63,459 nucleotides of DNA, filler included, from Octopus bimaculoides (GCF_001194135.2; 6 parts of 5 records of this genome joined end to end with filler, not necessarily neighbours in it); one strand, 5' to 3'; counted from the whole stretch's first letter, positions 47,829 through 62,204 are shown. Notes: generated from the letters alone by a model not told the origin. Program-made: numbers and translations.

Positions 47829-48610
47829 ATTTTATAACTGAGTTCGGCAGAATATACTTGTTTAAATAAGAAGCTAGGTAGAAGTAAAATATAGACTGAA
47901 GCTATAGTTGGGTGTAGTGGTAGAGAAGATGGGAGTGTACACAATGTAGGTGGCGGAAACCGTTATAGAACTGCCAAATGTGTACTGGTTTTCCCTATGC
48001 ACAGACATGTATGTAGACTTAATTCGTTGCTCGGTTTCCTACCACCGCCCACTTACTGGTTGTTTTTAGCGGTGTTAGTGTTGGAAGCATTATGGACATG
48101 TCTCTGGTTTGAGTAAGACATTCTCCTTTCTTGTTACAAGTCTCGGAGCTATAAAATTGCCTCTGATATATAAAGTTCGCCTGTCACTGCCAAAATATTA
48201 TCTTTAAGATATTGTCTTAGCGCAAGTGTATATTTAACACTATGACAATTTTAACAATCCTTTGAATATGCACACAAAACATTAACGTTTGAGATAAATC
48301 AATTATGATCTATGGTAATAAAATTAAAACATCAAAATTAGATACTGAGTCATTTATTATAATACTTATTACAAAGCTCTAGAGGTGGCAAACTGAATTT
48401 ACCAATTGTATACTCGGAAAGAAAACATTCATATTCAATTGCTATGTTTATAGACTGCACTATTTATTTAACTGATCAAATTAGTTCATTTTTTTTAGCT
48501 ACTGTGTCTGTAATCCCTCAATTCCTTCTTTTTTGACTCCCTTCCTTCGCCTGTGGTTTCTCCTTAGTTTCCTATTTCTTTAATTGCTGTCGTTGATGAA
48601 GTGTTTAATA

Positions 48611-48611
<1 letters not shown>

Positions 48612-48677
<66 letters not shown>

Positions 48678-48736
48678 CTACCTTCTTCTTCTTCTTCTTC
48701 TTCTTCTTCTTCTTCTTCTTCTTCTTCTTCTTCTTC
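48612..48736. repeat. Compound (CAT)n-(CTT)n microsatellite
   Basis: Directly visible. Confidence 0.95.
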
Positions 48737-50141
48737 TATATTTACTTACCACTCTGCATGTTCCTATTTCAATTTCCGCCGGGTTCTGTGGGTGATCAAA
48801 TGAGTATGAATTAACTAGACAGCAGGGTAAGAGGGTAGTGTCGATTAAATACATTATGCTCTCTTTTCAAAATACACAGCCCTCAGTTTGTGATATGAAC
48901 ATCAATGTTTATTTTTACAAAGAAAGCAACAGATCGAAACGTATCAGCTGAAAAATGAGATCCTACTTAACAATAAACAATCTAGCAGAAAAAGGGATGA
49001 CCTATGGTTTAAACAACGATAGAGAAGATTATAATTATTTACATTCCTGCAGTCAAAACAGTCACTGGTTACATAATAGAAATATAAAGGTATAAAGTAA
49101 ACTAAGACAGTATGTTAGTTATGGAATATCTTTTATATTACAACTTGATTGAAAAAAGATACAACACCAACACTGTTATTGAAATCGTATTTTGCACGGA
49201 ATATATTATGTATTGTATATATTCTGTTGTGAAAATGCAACAAAGGTATCGTTATATAAGAAATGATATTTAAAGCACGACATACGTTACATACAACCAT
49301 TCAACGCATATCCGATATAATGCAACTACAGAATCCGAATATATTACTTTAACAGAAATGTACAGTACTAGCAATAAGCAGACTGGTCATATTGTTCTAC
49401 AATCTAACAGCTGATTGCTAATATTCATGTAATAATTTTTCCTTATTCTGAGAGCTGTGGTATATAGGAAACTAATACACACGTGTCTGCACGCGCGCGT
49501 GTATACATGCTTTGTATGTGTGTGATGTGAACGAGCCTTTGGCAACAAGAAGATGAATATACTTAACGCTTGAGAGATCGCACGTAGAAAAGTGACGGAG
49601 GGATTCATCAATGCGAAATTATATCTCTATTATTAAACCGTATCATTCATGTTCTAGAGTTCTATTGAGGTTATAACCTTGTATTTTAGGGCAAATTACA
49701 TAACTGATAATGTTGTAATATGTCTAAAACTCAATAACCCCTCATCACACTTCTGTGCAGCCAGTCGTACGATATGTTGAATCCATTAGCTAAGAGGAAT
49801 TACTGAGAGCTTCTTGCAAATCTTGAAACAAATTATTCTGAATAGTATACGTTATGTTGAAGAATGAGTTACATTTGTGAAAGCGTATATACATTTTAAA
49901 GTTTATTTCGTGTTTAGCAAAAAGACGTTGTATCAAATACAACTTTCACAAAAATACACACACATATACAAGTGAAGGCGTGTAGTGTGTTTGTTTCACA
50001 ATCGTAAGGTCGGAGGTTAAATTTCAATTCGCATTGCTCCTGTCAACTCAGCTATGACGGATATCACCTAAGTGCTGGTGCAACCATGACTCCGTTCAAT
50101 TATTAATTCCTGGTTATTTCGAAAAGAGAAGGGTCTTGAGG

Positions 50142-50179
<38 letters not shown>

Positions 50180-50369
50180 TGAGAGAGTGAATGTGTATTT
50201 GTGCGTATATATACATACCAAAAGCGATTGGTAAAAGTATGGAACAAAGACATATTTGCCTAGGATTGTCGGATTCTTGTACTCACGTGCATGTATGTTT
50301 GAGTGCGTGTGCATGTATGTATGTATGTATGTATATATATGTATGTCATCTTCGTAGTCATAAAGCAAG

Positions 50370-50706
50370 ACCGATGATTGACTACCAGGCCGCTGGCGAT
50401 GATGCTACACACCATACTAATCATGTCTGTCGGGCATGTGGAAGGGAGTGTGATTNNNNNNNNNNATACTAATCATGTCTGTCGGGCATGTGGAAGGGAG
50501 TGTGATTCAGCAGGAGGACTTAAACGACACGCAAAGGTACATGGAGCCCAATTACAACGACAGCCAGCTATTGCCAATAAAGGTTTTGGATGCCAATTCT
50601 GTGCACGACATTGACGATCTTTGGCTGGGCTAAAAAGTCACATTCGATCACAGCACCGTTAAGTTAAGCTTCGTGCAATGACCATACTCGATAACGAGGG
50701 GCAGCG

Positions 50707-50710
<4 letters not shown>
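50370..50710 (+). mobile_element. LINE C-terminal region with two C2H2-like zinc fingers, probably RTE-type
   Basis: CRACGRECDSAGGLKRHAKVH and CQFCARH*RSLAGLKSHIRSQH, then a short UTR and (TA)n. In-frame stop present; no TGEKP linker. Confidence 0.55.
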
Positions 50711-50738
<28 letters not shown>

Positions 50739-51744
50739 NNNNNNNNNNNNNNNNNNNNNNNNNNNNNNNNNNNNNNNNNNNNNNNNNNNNNNNNNNNNNN
50801 NNNNNNNNNNNNNNNNNNNNNNNNNNNNNNNNNNNNNNNNNNNNNNNNNNNNNNNNNNNNNNNNNNNNNNNNNNNNNNNNNNNNNNNNNNNNNNNNNNNN
50901 NNNNNNNNNNNNNNNNNNNNNNNNNNNNNNNNNNNNNNNNNNNNNNNNNNNNNNNNNNNNNNNNNNNNNNNNNNNNNNNNNNNNNNNNNNNNNNNNNNNN
51001 NNNNNNNNNNNNNNNNNNNNNNNNNNNNNNNNNNNNNNNNNNNNNNNNNNNNNNNNNNNNNNNNNNNNNNNNNNNNNNNNNNNNNNNNNNNNNNNNNNNN
51101 NNNNNNNNNNNNNNNNNNNNNNNNNNNNNNNNNNNNNNNNNNNNNNNNNNNNNNNNNNNNNNNNNNNNNNNNNNNNNNNNNNNNNNNNNNNNNNNNNNNN
51201 NNGGAAGAAAAGAGTGATAAATCTAGTTGCATGGTCACCTAGTTTCCAGATCTGGCATCACTGGTCTTTTACTGCAAATGTTATCTGGAGTTGTATTTAA
51301 ATGAATCGATTCAGAATTAACGATACGCTAAAGTAGGCAACATTATCTAGAAGTTTTGTCGTTGTGACCGTCCAAACTGTCGGATGCTGTTTTATATCGC
51401 TGGTCAAAACGCGCTTTGCATCGTTTTAGTTTTAGAATGATGCCACCCCGCTGCCTAAGCGAGCAGGCCATCATTCCATCCACCCCACTATCGGAAGACT
51501 AGACCGTCGCAGGGTTACCAATTTACAGCTGAGTGGACGAGAGCAAAGGGAAATGAATTGTGTTGCTGAAGAGTACAACAAACTGCTCGATCCGGGAATC
51601 GAACCCACGATTTTGCGATCGTGAGCGCAACACCCTGGATACTAGGTAAACCAACCTCACGCGAATACATTATTATAAGTCTCAATTAGTTATTATACGT
51701 CTGAATTAATTCGACAGCGAATGTCATTATTTGGTCCCGTTTGA

Positions 51745-52145
51745 AGGCGGCGAGCTAGCAGAACCGTTATCAAGCCGGGCGAAATGCTTAGCGGTATTTC
51801 GTCAGCCGCTACATTCTGAGTTCAAATTCCGCCAAGGTTGACTTTGCCTGTCATCCTTTCGGGGTCGATAAATTAAGTACCAGTTACGCACTGGGGTCGA
51901 TGTAATCGACTTAATCCGTTCGTCTGTTCTTGTTTGTTCCCTCTATGTTTAGCCCCTTGTGGGCAATAACGAAATAGGTATTTCGTCTGCCGCTACGTTC
52001 AGAGTTCAAATTCCATCGAGGTCGACTTTGCCTTTCATCCTTTCGAGGTCAATAAAATAACTACCAGTTATGCACTGGGGTCGATGTAATCGACTAGCCT
52101 CCTTCCCCCAAAAATTTTCGTGGACTTGTGACTAGAGTAGAAATA
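51745..52145 (+). mobile_element. SINE family A, head plus two tandem units
   Basis: Full head, unit 1, junction ACGAAATA-GG-TATTTCGT at 51969-51986, unit 2, tail. Confidence 0.88.
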
Positions 52146-53116
52146 ATTATTTGCTCCCGTTTGGAATCAACATATAAATAGCTCAAGATGTCTTATAGCT
52201 CCTAACTTCGGATGACTCTGTAGATAATATCACCACTCATATACATTTTCGTGACTAATTTAATTAATTGCCCCTTAGATCAGTGAAAATAAAGTTTTTC
52301 TGACCCCTTTGGTTGCACTTCACCTTACAGGTATCTTATTTAATTGTAACTCAGGATGTGTTACTCTAAGCACATCGATTCTCTTCGCCTCGTGATGCAT
52401 TACTAATTCTCATATTTCCAACTATTTTCTTAAAAAAGGAAAATGAATCAATATTTTTCTGAATAACATATGTATGATTAACTATTACCTTCTCTTTCCT
52501 ACCATTTCAAGAGCTGTTGCCAAACTCTTATGGTTTAATCAACAGTTACATTAGTCATTCAATTAGCTGTCAGGATTTTGTGGGAATCTCAATTCAATTA
52601 AGAAACAGGCTTCAACTAGCAATAATATTAACTGCTATAAATTTAAAGCTGATGTGGTGTGGAGTAAAGAGAAATGGAAGCAAGAGGTAATGGCAATGAT
52701 TAGAGATATAGGGAGGTATGAAATACGAAAAGATAGCTAGCTAGGCAGATAGATAGAAAGCCCAAAAGAGAGAGAAGTCATATATCGTCATAGAACAGTT
52801 TCAAACAAAAGGATGATGTGATATTGGTAGATGAAATATATAAGAAAAGAATGCAATTCAAATGGATTTCATATTTGTTTTGTAGCAGAGAATGGTATTT
52901 TATTTTGGAATATCTGACAACAAATATTTACAAAATTACAGAGAAGACTGGAAAATAATTGCCTACAGATTATCGAGGCGTAGAAAAAATTGACAAAACA
53001 AACATTCTGACGTTGAGCGATGATGTTACATTCGTTTTGCACATTTCTTAAGCAACAGCGCGTGTTCAACAGCACAAACTAAAATGTATTTCCCATTTGA
53101 GTTATAAACATTTCTA

Positions 53117-53168
<52 letters not shown>

Positions 53169-54212
53169 TTAGGTATGTGTATATATATATATATATACTG
53201 AAATTGAGGACGCATGGCCTAGTGGTTAAAGTGTTGTACTCACGATCACAAGATTTTGGTTTCAATTCCTAGAACGGGTGGAGCGTTGTGTTCTTCAGCA
53301 TAACATGTCATCTCACATTGCTCTGCGACCACTTCGACACATGACGTGCAACACACTGTGCACCGGTCCGGGTAACGTTGATTTGATAGAAGGAGTATGC
53401 TTAATGTAAAGTATATACATTTGACCACTATAAACGAATCAGTTATGCAGGTCGTTCGGCAAAGCTGAACACTCATACACCGAGAGAGTCCATCACAAAC
53501 ACACACACACACACATATTATTAACTTAAACAGCAGGTTGCAATATTTCACAAAAAAGGAGAATGATGATTGTCACTAAATGTGACTAGGTTGTTAAGAA
53601 ACACCTATATTGCCAGAAGTAAGAGCTAAAATGCTCTAATGCTGTAGTTAATGAACATGAATGAAAACATATGCACTAACACAGACCTGAATCGTCCGAA
53701 AAGTGCTGATCGAGAATTCGTAATACTGACGTCAGTTTCGGTAATTTCCGTTGCCTCATCATTTCAGCCCGCTTGATCTCAGTTTTATATATATCCTGGA
53801 CCCACCCGTGATCCGTTGGGTGATTGACGGTTTAGGTTATAAAGCATTGAAACTGATTTCAACATTGCATTGAAATGGAAGTGAATTTTATGATGATTCA
53901 GTTAACAACAAACAAACCTGGCATAACTATAAATGTGTACACCACCGACTTTGTTGTCTCATAACTTCCAGAAAAATGGATACACTTTAACGAAATTTTG
54001 AACACATACCGCTTAGATGCTGTAAATTTAGAGTATGTAGGGACTTATGAGAACACATTTTTTCAGGGTCGTAGGGAGAGGAATTTCGTAAAATTCACAC
54101 GATCCATTTATTCCCCTCATTACTTTCAGGAAAATGGATATCTTTTATTGAAATTTTATACAAATACCTTTCAAACAGCATAGACTACGAGTATGAAGAA
54201 ATTTGATGGGAA

Positions 54213-54244
<32 letters not shown>

Positions 54245-55179
54245 NNNNNNNNNNNNNNNNNNNNNNNNNNNNNNNNNNNNNNNNNNNNNNNNNNNNNNNN
54301 NNNNNNNNNNNNNNNNNNNNNNNNNNNNNNNNNNNNNNNNNNNNNNNNNNNNNNNNNNNNNNNNNNNNNNNNNNNNNNNNNNNNNNNNNNNNNNNNNNNN
54401 NNNNNNNNNNNNNNNNNNNNNNNNNNNNNNNNNNNNNNNNNNNNNNNNNNNNNNNNNNNNNNNNNNNNNNNNNNNNNNNNNNNNNNNNNNNNNNNNNNNN
54501 NNNNNNNNNNNNNNNNNNNNNNNNNNNNNNNNNNNNNNNNNNNNNNNNNNNNNNNNNNNNNNNNNNNNNNNNNNNNNNNNNNNNNNNNNNNNNNNNNNNN
54601 NNNNNNNNNNNNNNNNNNNNNNNNNNNNNNNNNNNNNNNNNNNNNNNNNNNNNNNNNNNNNNNNNNNNNNNNNNNNNNNNNNNNNNNNNNNNCATATATA
54701 TATATATATATATATATATATACGCACATCCACAAATACATAACCTTCATTCGAGAACAATGGTTGCTTACTTCATTAAAATAATACTTAATGTACGTAC
54801 GTAACCGTTGCTTCACCTCAACTCTGTGCATCATTTCCATGTCGATGTTAGACATTAGGCAATATTAAAATTAAATTGCATTTTAGGCTTTGCCTGAAGG
54901 CACTACATAATGTTTCATACATTAATTTTCTACACTTCCGAGTGGTTGTAAGATTTGGTGATATTGTAATTAATCATGTGTTTCTCTAGCAAAGGAAAAC
55001 AGAATTATTTCTTAGCATTGCAGAAAAATTTCATATATTCATTTCTGCTCAAGGCACAAGTCCCGAAAGAAAAATCTCGAATATTAATAACATCAGGTAA
55101 CAACTTGAACAGAAAAATGGCAAACTCACCACATTCCAACATAGAAAATATTTCTATATTGGCTAATCTTTTATCTTTT

Positions 55180-55420
55180 ACTTGTTTCAGTCATTTGTCT
55201 GCGGCCATGCTGGGGAACTGCCTTGAAGGGTTTTGGTCGAATAAATCGACCCCAGAACGTACTCTATACAATAGGCTTTTGGTTTCTATCTTCCAAATCC
55301 GCTCACTAGACTTTTATTCGGCCCAAAACTACAGTAGAAGGCACTTGCGAAAGGTGGCACGCAGGGGGACTGAACACGGAACAAGTGGTTGGGAAGAAAG
55401 CTTTTTACCTGTGCCTAATA
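55180..55420 (-). mobile_element. SINE family B (internally deleted)
   Basis: Tail and head segments are both present in minus orientation. Confidence 0.7.
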
Positions 55421-56323
55421 CATCTCATATAATGAATATGTACTATACAGCATAATCTCCTCTAGAATCTAAAAACATTTACAAACCTAACTGAAAAACA
55501 TTCCTTTAAGCCCACGTTATTCTAATTATAGTATTGATAAAAGAGATGCTCCTAAATAATTTTCTAACTGTACACTTGGATATCATTCCCTTAAAACATA
55601 TGAAATTTGAACTATCATTGGTATGCATCTGAACAGACTTGACAGACGCATGCAAGAAAATATTCGAGATAAAAAAAAACAAAAAAAAAACTCATACACA
55701 GCAAAAATCTACGGCGTTTATTAAAAGAACATGGTTGCTGCATGTTTACAGTTGTTATCGTATTTGAAGATATTCGTGTAGTGACTGAATGGATGACAAG
55801 GAAAGCATGCTGCCGTAAAGACAAATATAACATTTTCTGGCAGCACCACTGCCGGGAGCTGTTTGTTTCATATATATATATATATATNNNNNNNNNNCAA
55901 CAAAGTCCTTTTCAAAATAATTTTTAATTTAATCTACTGTTTGAAACATGAATAAAAAAAAAACGTGGGGATTATTTTAATTCGCCAGTATTTCAGTATA
56001 CAACGCAAAACAACTGCCAAACAAACAGAAAAACCACGAGCGAACAACATTGCCAAACACACGAACAACTGGCAATGAAAACACATCGGAGAAAAATGCG
56101 GTATTATACTACATCTGACAGCAACAACAACAATGGCGATGGTGACTTCTGACTAATGCTTGCCTTTGTAGCAGTCTATGGGAACAAGAACAGTGTAGTC
56201 GTGTTAGATCCCACGGATATAGATGTCCTACTCATCTTGCAAATCCACAAAGGAATGCCACAACTGTGTCCTCTAAAGGTTAGCGAGAGGAAACCCAGCG
56301 GATGTACATGTGGAAATAAAATC

Positions 56324-56390
<67 letters not shown>

Positions 56391-56513
56391 TTATGTTTGA
56401 CTTTTGTTTTGCATTTGTACAAGTTGGATCCAAGTCTCACCCAGAGACCTCAAGAGACAAGTTAGAAGTTCATGTAGGTGTTATGCCTAGGGTACCATAT
56501 ATTTGGATTTGTA
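56391..56513 (-). mobile_element. Probable R4/Dong-type 3' UTR remnant
   Basis: Short UTR-like segment running into the (TAA)n array at 56326-56390. Confidence 0.45.
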
Positions 56514-56619
56514 NNNNNNNNNNNNNNNNNNNNNNNNNNNNNNNNNNNNNNNNNNNNTTAATTAATTAANNNNNNNNNNNNNNNNNNNNNNNNNNNNNNN
56601 NNNNNNNNNNNNNATATAC

Positions 56620-56650
<31 letters not shown>

Positions 56651-57489
56651 AATATAGGCATACATATATATATATGCATATATACATATATATACATATA
56701 TATATATATATATAATATCAAAGAGCTCCTGCTCTTGATCAATTTGCGGAAAGATTCGTATGATTTGCGGGACTTTACTGCTTCGGCGTCTTGACTCTCT
56801 TTCTCTTGAGTCTAAACCTTTCTTAGCGCACTTTCACGATTCAAATAAAACAATTAGACGTGCATAATAGACGCTGGTGGTGGCCAGATGGAGCCACAGC
56901 TCGTTGTCTAGGTGACTGCAGTACACGTTAGGCGGTTGATGTACTTCTATGTAGTTGCCGAATGATCCCAACACTGAATTAATAACTACTTTGTACGGCG
57001 TCGAATAATCTCCTAATAATCTTTGGCTATCATTATATTGTCATTACATCTTCTACTCGCAAACAGACATCACAATCTTCAAAGCGTCCCACTTCCATCA
57101 CTCTGTCCGTTTGTCTGTCTGTCTGTCTGTCTGTCTCTGTCTGTCTCCGTCTCTCTGTCCGTCTGTCTATCTCTCTCTCTCTCTCTCCCTCGTTCTTCGT
57201 CTCCCTTTGTCACTTCCTCTCTATTATGCGTGTGTGTGCGAATACTGAGAATCTGTGTTTATTAATATACGCATGTGAGTACGTATGTGTGCGTATTCAT
57301 GTATACACACACACATACACACATAGATATATTCATGCACGCGTTTATGTATGTGTGTGTGTGTGTAACTGTTTTGAGTGTGTATATTTATCATTAAGGT
57401 GAATATTTTTTCATATAACAGTCGTATATATCTACATATGGATCTATCTATATACCTATATCCATCTAATTATTTATCAGTCAAGACAT

Positions 57490-57830
<341 letters not shown>

Positions 57831-58254
57831 AGCGTACATATGTGTTCGTGTGCCTTATACATTCACATGTGTTTAATTTTTTGGTACATGCGTCTGTATG
57901 TTCAAAATGTACATAGAACCCGTCAACTATAAAATTTTCTTTTTGTATGAACGTCTGCATGGTTGAGTATCTATAGTGTGTTAATGTAGCGTTAAAATGT
58001 ATATAGGATAAGTTCTACACCGTTGGTTATTGGAGGTGGTGTAAAATATTGTTTTCGCTTCGGGAGTAGTCAGTGCTAATGTTATTTATGTGTGTCTGTT
58101 TGTATCTATACTTATATTTATGATGAGTTATGATATGTTATACTATGTATGTATGTGTGTAGATAATGAAAATGCTTGTTCCGATATAGAAATCGCTAAA
58201 GTGTAAGCGAGTCCTGGTACACAAGTGTATGTACGAGCACTTAAGAAGTGAGAC

Positions 58255-58705
58255 GACGAGCTGACGGGATCGTTTGCACGCCGGACAAAATGCTTAGTGC
58301 TAACCCGTCCGTCTTTACGTTCTGAGTTCAAATTCCGTCGAGATCGACTTTGCCTTTCATTCTTTCGGGATCGATAACATAGGTATTAGTTGAGCAGTGG
58401 TGTCAACCAAATTACTAAAAGAAACAAAGCAGCGAGTTTGGCAGAATCGCTAGCACGCTGCGCAAAATGCTTAGCGATATTTCGTCCGCCTTTACGTTCT
58501 GAGTTCAAATTCCGGGGTCGACAAAATGAGTAACAGTCGAACTCTAAGGTCAATGCAATTGACTTAACCCCATACCTAAAATTGCTGGCATTATGCCAAA
58601 CTTTGAAACCATTACTAAAAGAAATGAGGCGGCGAGCAGTCAAAATCGTTCGAACGCTGGTCAAAATACTTAGAAACATTACGTCTGTTTTTACGTGGAG
58701 TTCAA
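58255..58705 (+). mobile_element. Three tandem SINE family A copies or fragments
   Basis: Three heads separated by ATTACTAAAAGAAA at 58411-58424 and 58611-58624. Confidence 0.75.
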
Positions 58706-59807
58706 ATTATATATACATGTATATATTTATGTGTGCATACATGCATACATATATACATCAATATGGATGAATATTCATAATATATACATGTGTGTATATA
58801 TGAGTCGCTGTTCTAAGAACGTTTATGCGCACGCGCAGTGTGTGTGTGTGTGTGTGTGTGTTTTCCTGAAATAGGTTTGTGTCATTGATTCAAATGTGTG
58901 TATGCATAGGTATATATGCCCGACTGAAGGCTATTTGTTTGAATTTAAGTTTGAGGGAAGATGTGAGTGATTGTGTGTCGATGTGAGTACACGATCCTGT
59001 GCGTCTGTTAGTGTATTGGAATATGTGTATATCTCAGTATATNNNNNNNNNNNNNNNNNNNNNNNNNNNNNNNNNNNNNNNNNNNNNNNNNNNNNNNNNN
59101 NNNNNNNNNNNNNNNNNNNNNNNNNNNNNNNNNNNNNNNNNNNNNNNNNNNNNNNNNNNNNNNNNNNNNNNNNNNNNNNNNNNNNNNNNNNNNNNNNNNN
59201 NNNNNNNGAGAGAGAGAGAGAGAGAGAGAGAGTATGTGTATAGTCGTGTGGGACATATGGACGCATACTTGAGGGCAGTATTTGTGTCCGACGGAGAGGG
59301 TGTTTTCAAAACTAGATAGAGGCCGGAGGGAAGACTGGGTGAAGGGACGGAGGGGAGGGAAGGAGGGACTATTCCATCATACCCGCTCACCCCCCTTGAC
59401 ATCCTCGTAGGAGTACAAGAATAGAGCAATCACTGAATGTATTAGCGGTAGTGTAGGGATGCGGCGGTAATTCGAAATCCTATCCTCCACGGGGAAGGAG
59501 TAGCATAACACTCAGCCCCCAGATGTTTGCCTTAACCCCTAGCACACGCAAACACACACCCACTCGCACGCGCGCACACACATACGCACTCATATATAAT
59601 ACATACTTACATACACACATACACGCACACATACTCGCACGGATACAGGCGTACACAAGCACACCGATACACACACACACACACGTACATATATATGTAT
59701 ATACACACAGATATATACGTGTATATATAAACACATATATACACACACGCATACACACTCACACACGCATACACACACATGCTCTCTCTCTCACACATAC
59801 ACATACG

Positions 59808-59848
<41 letters not shown>

Positions 59849-59953
59849 AGCACACGTGTCGACACGGAACGTAAAAAAATGACACTCCGTGTCTTTAATT
59901 TAGATGTTTATTATCATTATTGTTGTTGTTGTTATTAGTTTTGATGTTGATGC

Positions 59954-59985
<32 letters not shown>

Positions 59986-60172
59986 TAATTATCATTACTG
60001 CTTTTGGTGTTATCTTTTATCTTTTACTTGTTTCAGTCATTAGACCGCGGCCATGCTGGGGCATCCTCTTGAATTTTATTTTTAATCGAATGAAGAAATG
60101 AAGGAATTTCTTTTCTCTTACTCAACCCCTAAGGTAAGGGGCGGGAAACAAACCAGTATCGGTTGTCAAGCA

Positions 60173-60237
<65 letters not shown>

Positions 60238-60584
60238 ATACATATAGACATATACACATACAGATAGAGTAGTAGTAGTAGTAGTAGTAGTAGCAGTAGA
60301 TCATCAAATCACTAAGGCCACCATTCTCATCATCGTTGTCATCGCCGTCGTCATCTTTGTCATTGTTGACTACGTCATCTTCCTCTTATCCCCCAACCAC
60401 TAGCAAAATTAAAATTCCACCAGTTACAAAAACATTAGCAGCACCAAAGACAGCGCAATCGACATAAACCCCATTCTCAACAACAGCAACAATAAATGCG
60501 ACAGTAAATACAATAATAACAAAGAAATACAACAATAAATGCAACCAAAAATAAGACATCACAAACATAACGCGAATAAATGGT

Positions 60585-60780
60585 AGCACGCCAGGCGAAA
60601 TGCTTAGCGGTATTTCGCTCGTCGCTACGTTCTGAGTTCAAATTCCGCCGAGGTAGACTTTGCCTTTCATCCTTTCGGGATCGATAAACTAATTACCAGT
60701 TGAGCTCTGAGGTCGATGTAATCGACTATCTCTCTCCCCGAAACTTTATGCCGTGTGCCTATAGTAGAAAGGATTATTAT
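60585..60780 (+). mobile_element. SINE family A
   Basis: Family A body with a TTA tail. Confidence 0.85.
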
Positions 60781-61625
60781 TATTATTATTATTATTAATT
60801 TTATTTTTATTATTATTTAATTTAATTTTTATTATTTCTTTTTTCTTATGGCAGCTCATTTCCATTTAATTCAAACACCTCTCATATCTGTCTTAAGAGA
60901 GTGGCCTAGGATGTACAAATTGAAAGTTATGAAAAGGCTTCCGGTAGATATATCCGAAGTATTTCTTAATGAATTCATTTAAAAACAAAAACAAAATACA
61001 AGAACATCTAGAAAGTTCTACTGATGAAGTAAGAGTTAAAATACCTTGCGGGTATTTTACGGGTTAATAAGACACATATGAATCGTCCATGCATATAGTG
61101 GATCTGAAATCGTCTAAACGAGCCATTTATACGCGAAATTATTAGATTAATCGGAGGTGTGAGCAATCTGTCTTTGCGAATGAAAATATATATAGGAAGA
61201 GTGAGCCTCGAATATACGATGTAAGGAAAAATCTGAGTGTATTTGCCGAAGGATATTCACACGGTACATCAGTAGGTTATGACCTCTATATATATATATA
61301 CATTCATACGTACATCATTTATATATTTATATATATATATATATATNNNNNNNNNNNNNNNNNNNNNNNNNNNNNNNNNNNNNNNNNNNNNNNNNNNNNN
61401 NNNNNAGAGAGAGAGAGAGAGAGGAAGAGATAGATAGATATAGATTTATATACGTATACACACTCATAAATACATACATACGCATACATATACATACATA
61501 CATACATACATACATACATACATACATACATACATACATACATGCAGATACAAAGAGAGAGACGGAGAGAAAGAAAGAAAATAATAGATAGCTAGACAGA
61601 TAAATAGCTAGATGGATAGATAGAT

Positions 61626-61702
<77 letters not shown>

Positions 61703-62204
61703 CACAGACAAGACACACAGACAGACAGACAGATAGACAGACAGAGAGGGAGGGACGTCGGTACACCACAGCGTAGCAAAAAAATATGAAGCTTTGTGTA
61801 TAAAATCTTTGCTAAGTACAGGTGGTTTAGTGTAAGGAACCATCCCACCATCCCTGGACCAATTAAAGGGCCACACACACTGTGTTGTATCTGGGGTCTG
61901 TTTACTTTGTTTTTGTTTTTAATTCAGCGTGGCTGTCTGGTAAATTGATCTGGTACATAATAATTGGACAGACAAAAATCATGTTGATTGAACTGTAGTG
62001 CGATGGGAAAAACTGACTGTCTTTTTTGCCCGCTGCCCCGACATATGTGTGAAGATGTGGCGATGTGGAGATGTGAAGATGTGCGATGGTTAGGGTAATG
62101 AAAATGAAGGGTTATTACGGGTGGGTAAGAGAGAATGGAGTGACGGGTAAAGTAGGATTGGATGTGAGAGAAGGGATTTATAATTAAAAATAAAGAAAAT
62201 GAAG

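Noticed and set aside
47945-48050. Possible MITE from GGAAACCG/CGGTTTCC inverted match
   Set aside because: Only about 8 bp of perfect match and no target-site duplication.
48584-48814. Poly-His / poly-Leu ORFs
   Set aside because: (CAT)n-(CTT)n microsatellite with no splice or homology support.
50417-50504. Apparent ~40-bp tandem duplication around a 10-N gap
   Set aside because: Typical unmerged contig-end overlap; assembly artefact.
50467-50665. Host C2H2 zinc-finger gene exon
   Set aside because: In-frame stop, no TGEKP linkers, and it ends in a retroelement-like UTR plus (TA)n.
52891-52917. NGILFWNI, loosely like FGVLLWEI, as the next kinase exon
   Set aside because: Followed immediately by a stop; no GYMPYP-like continuation.
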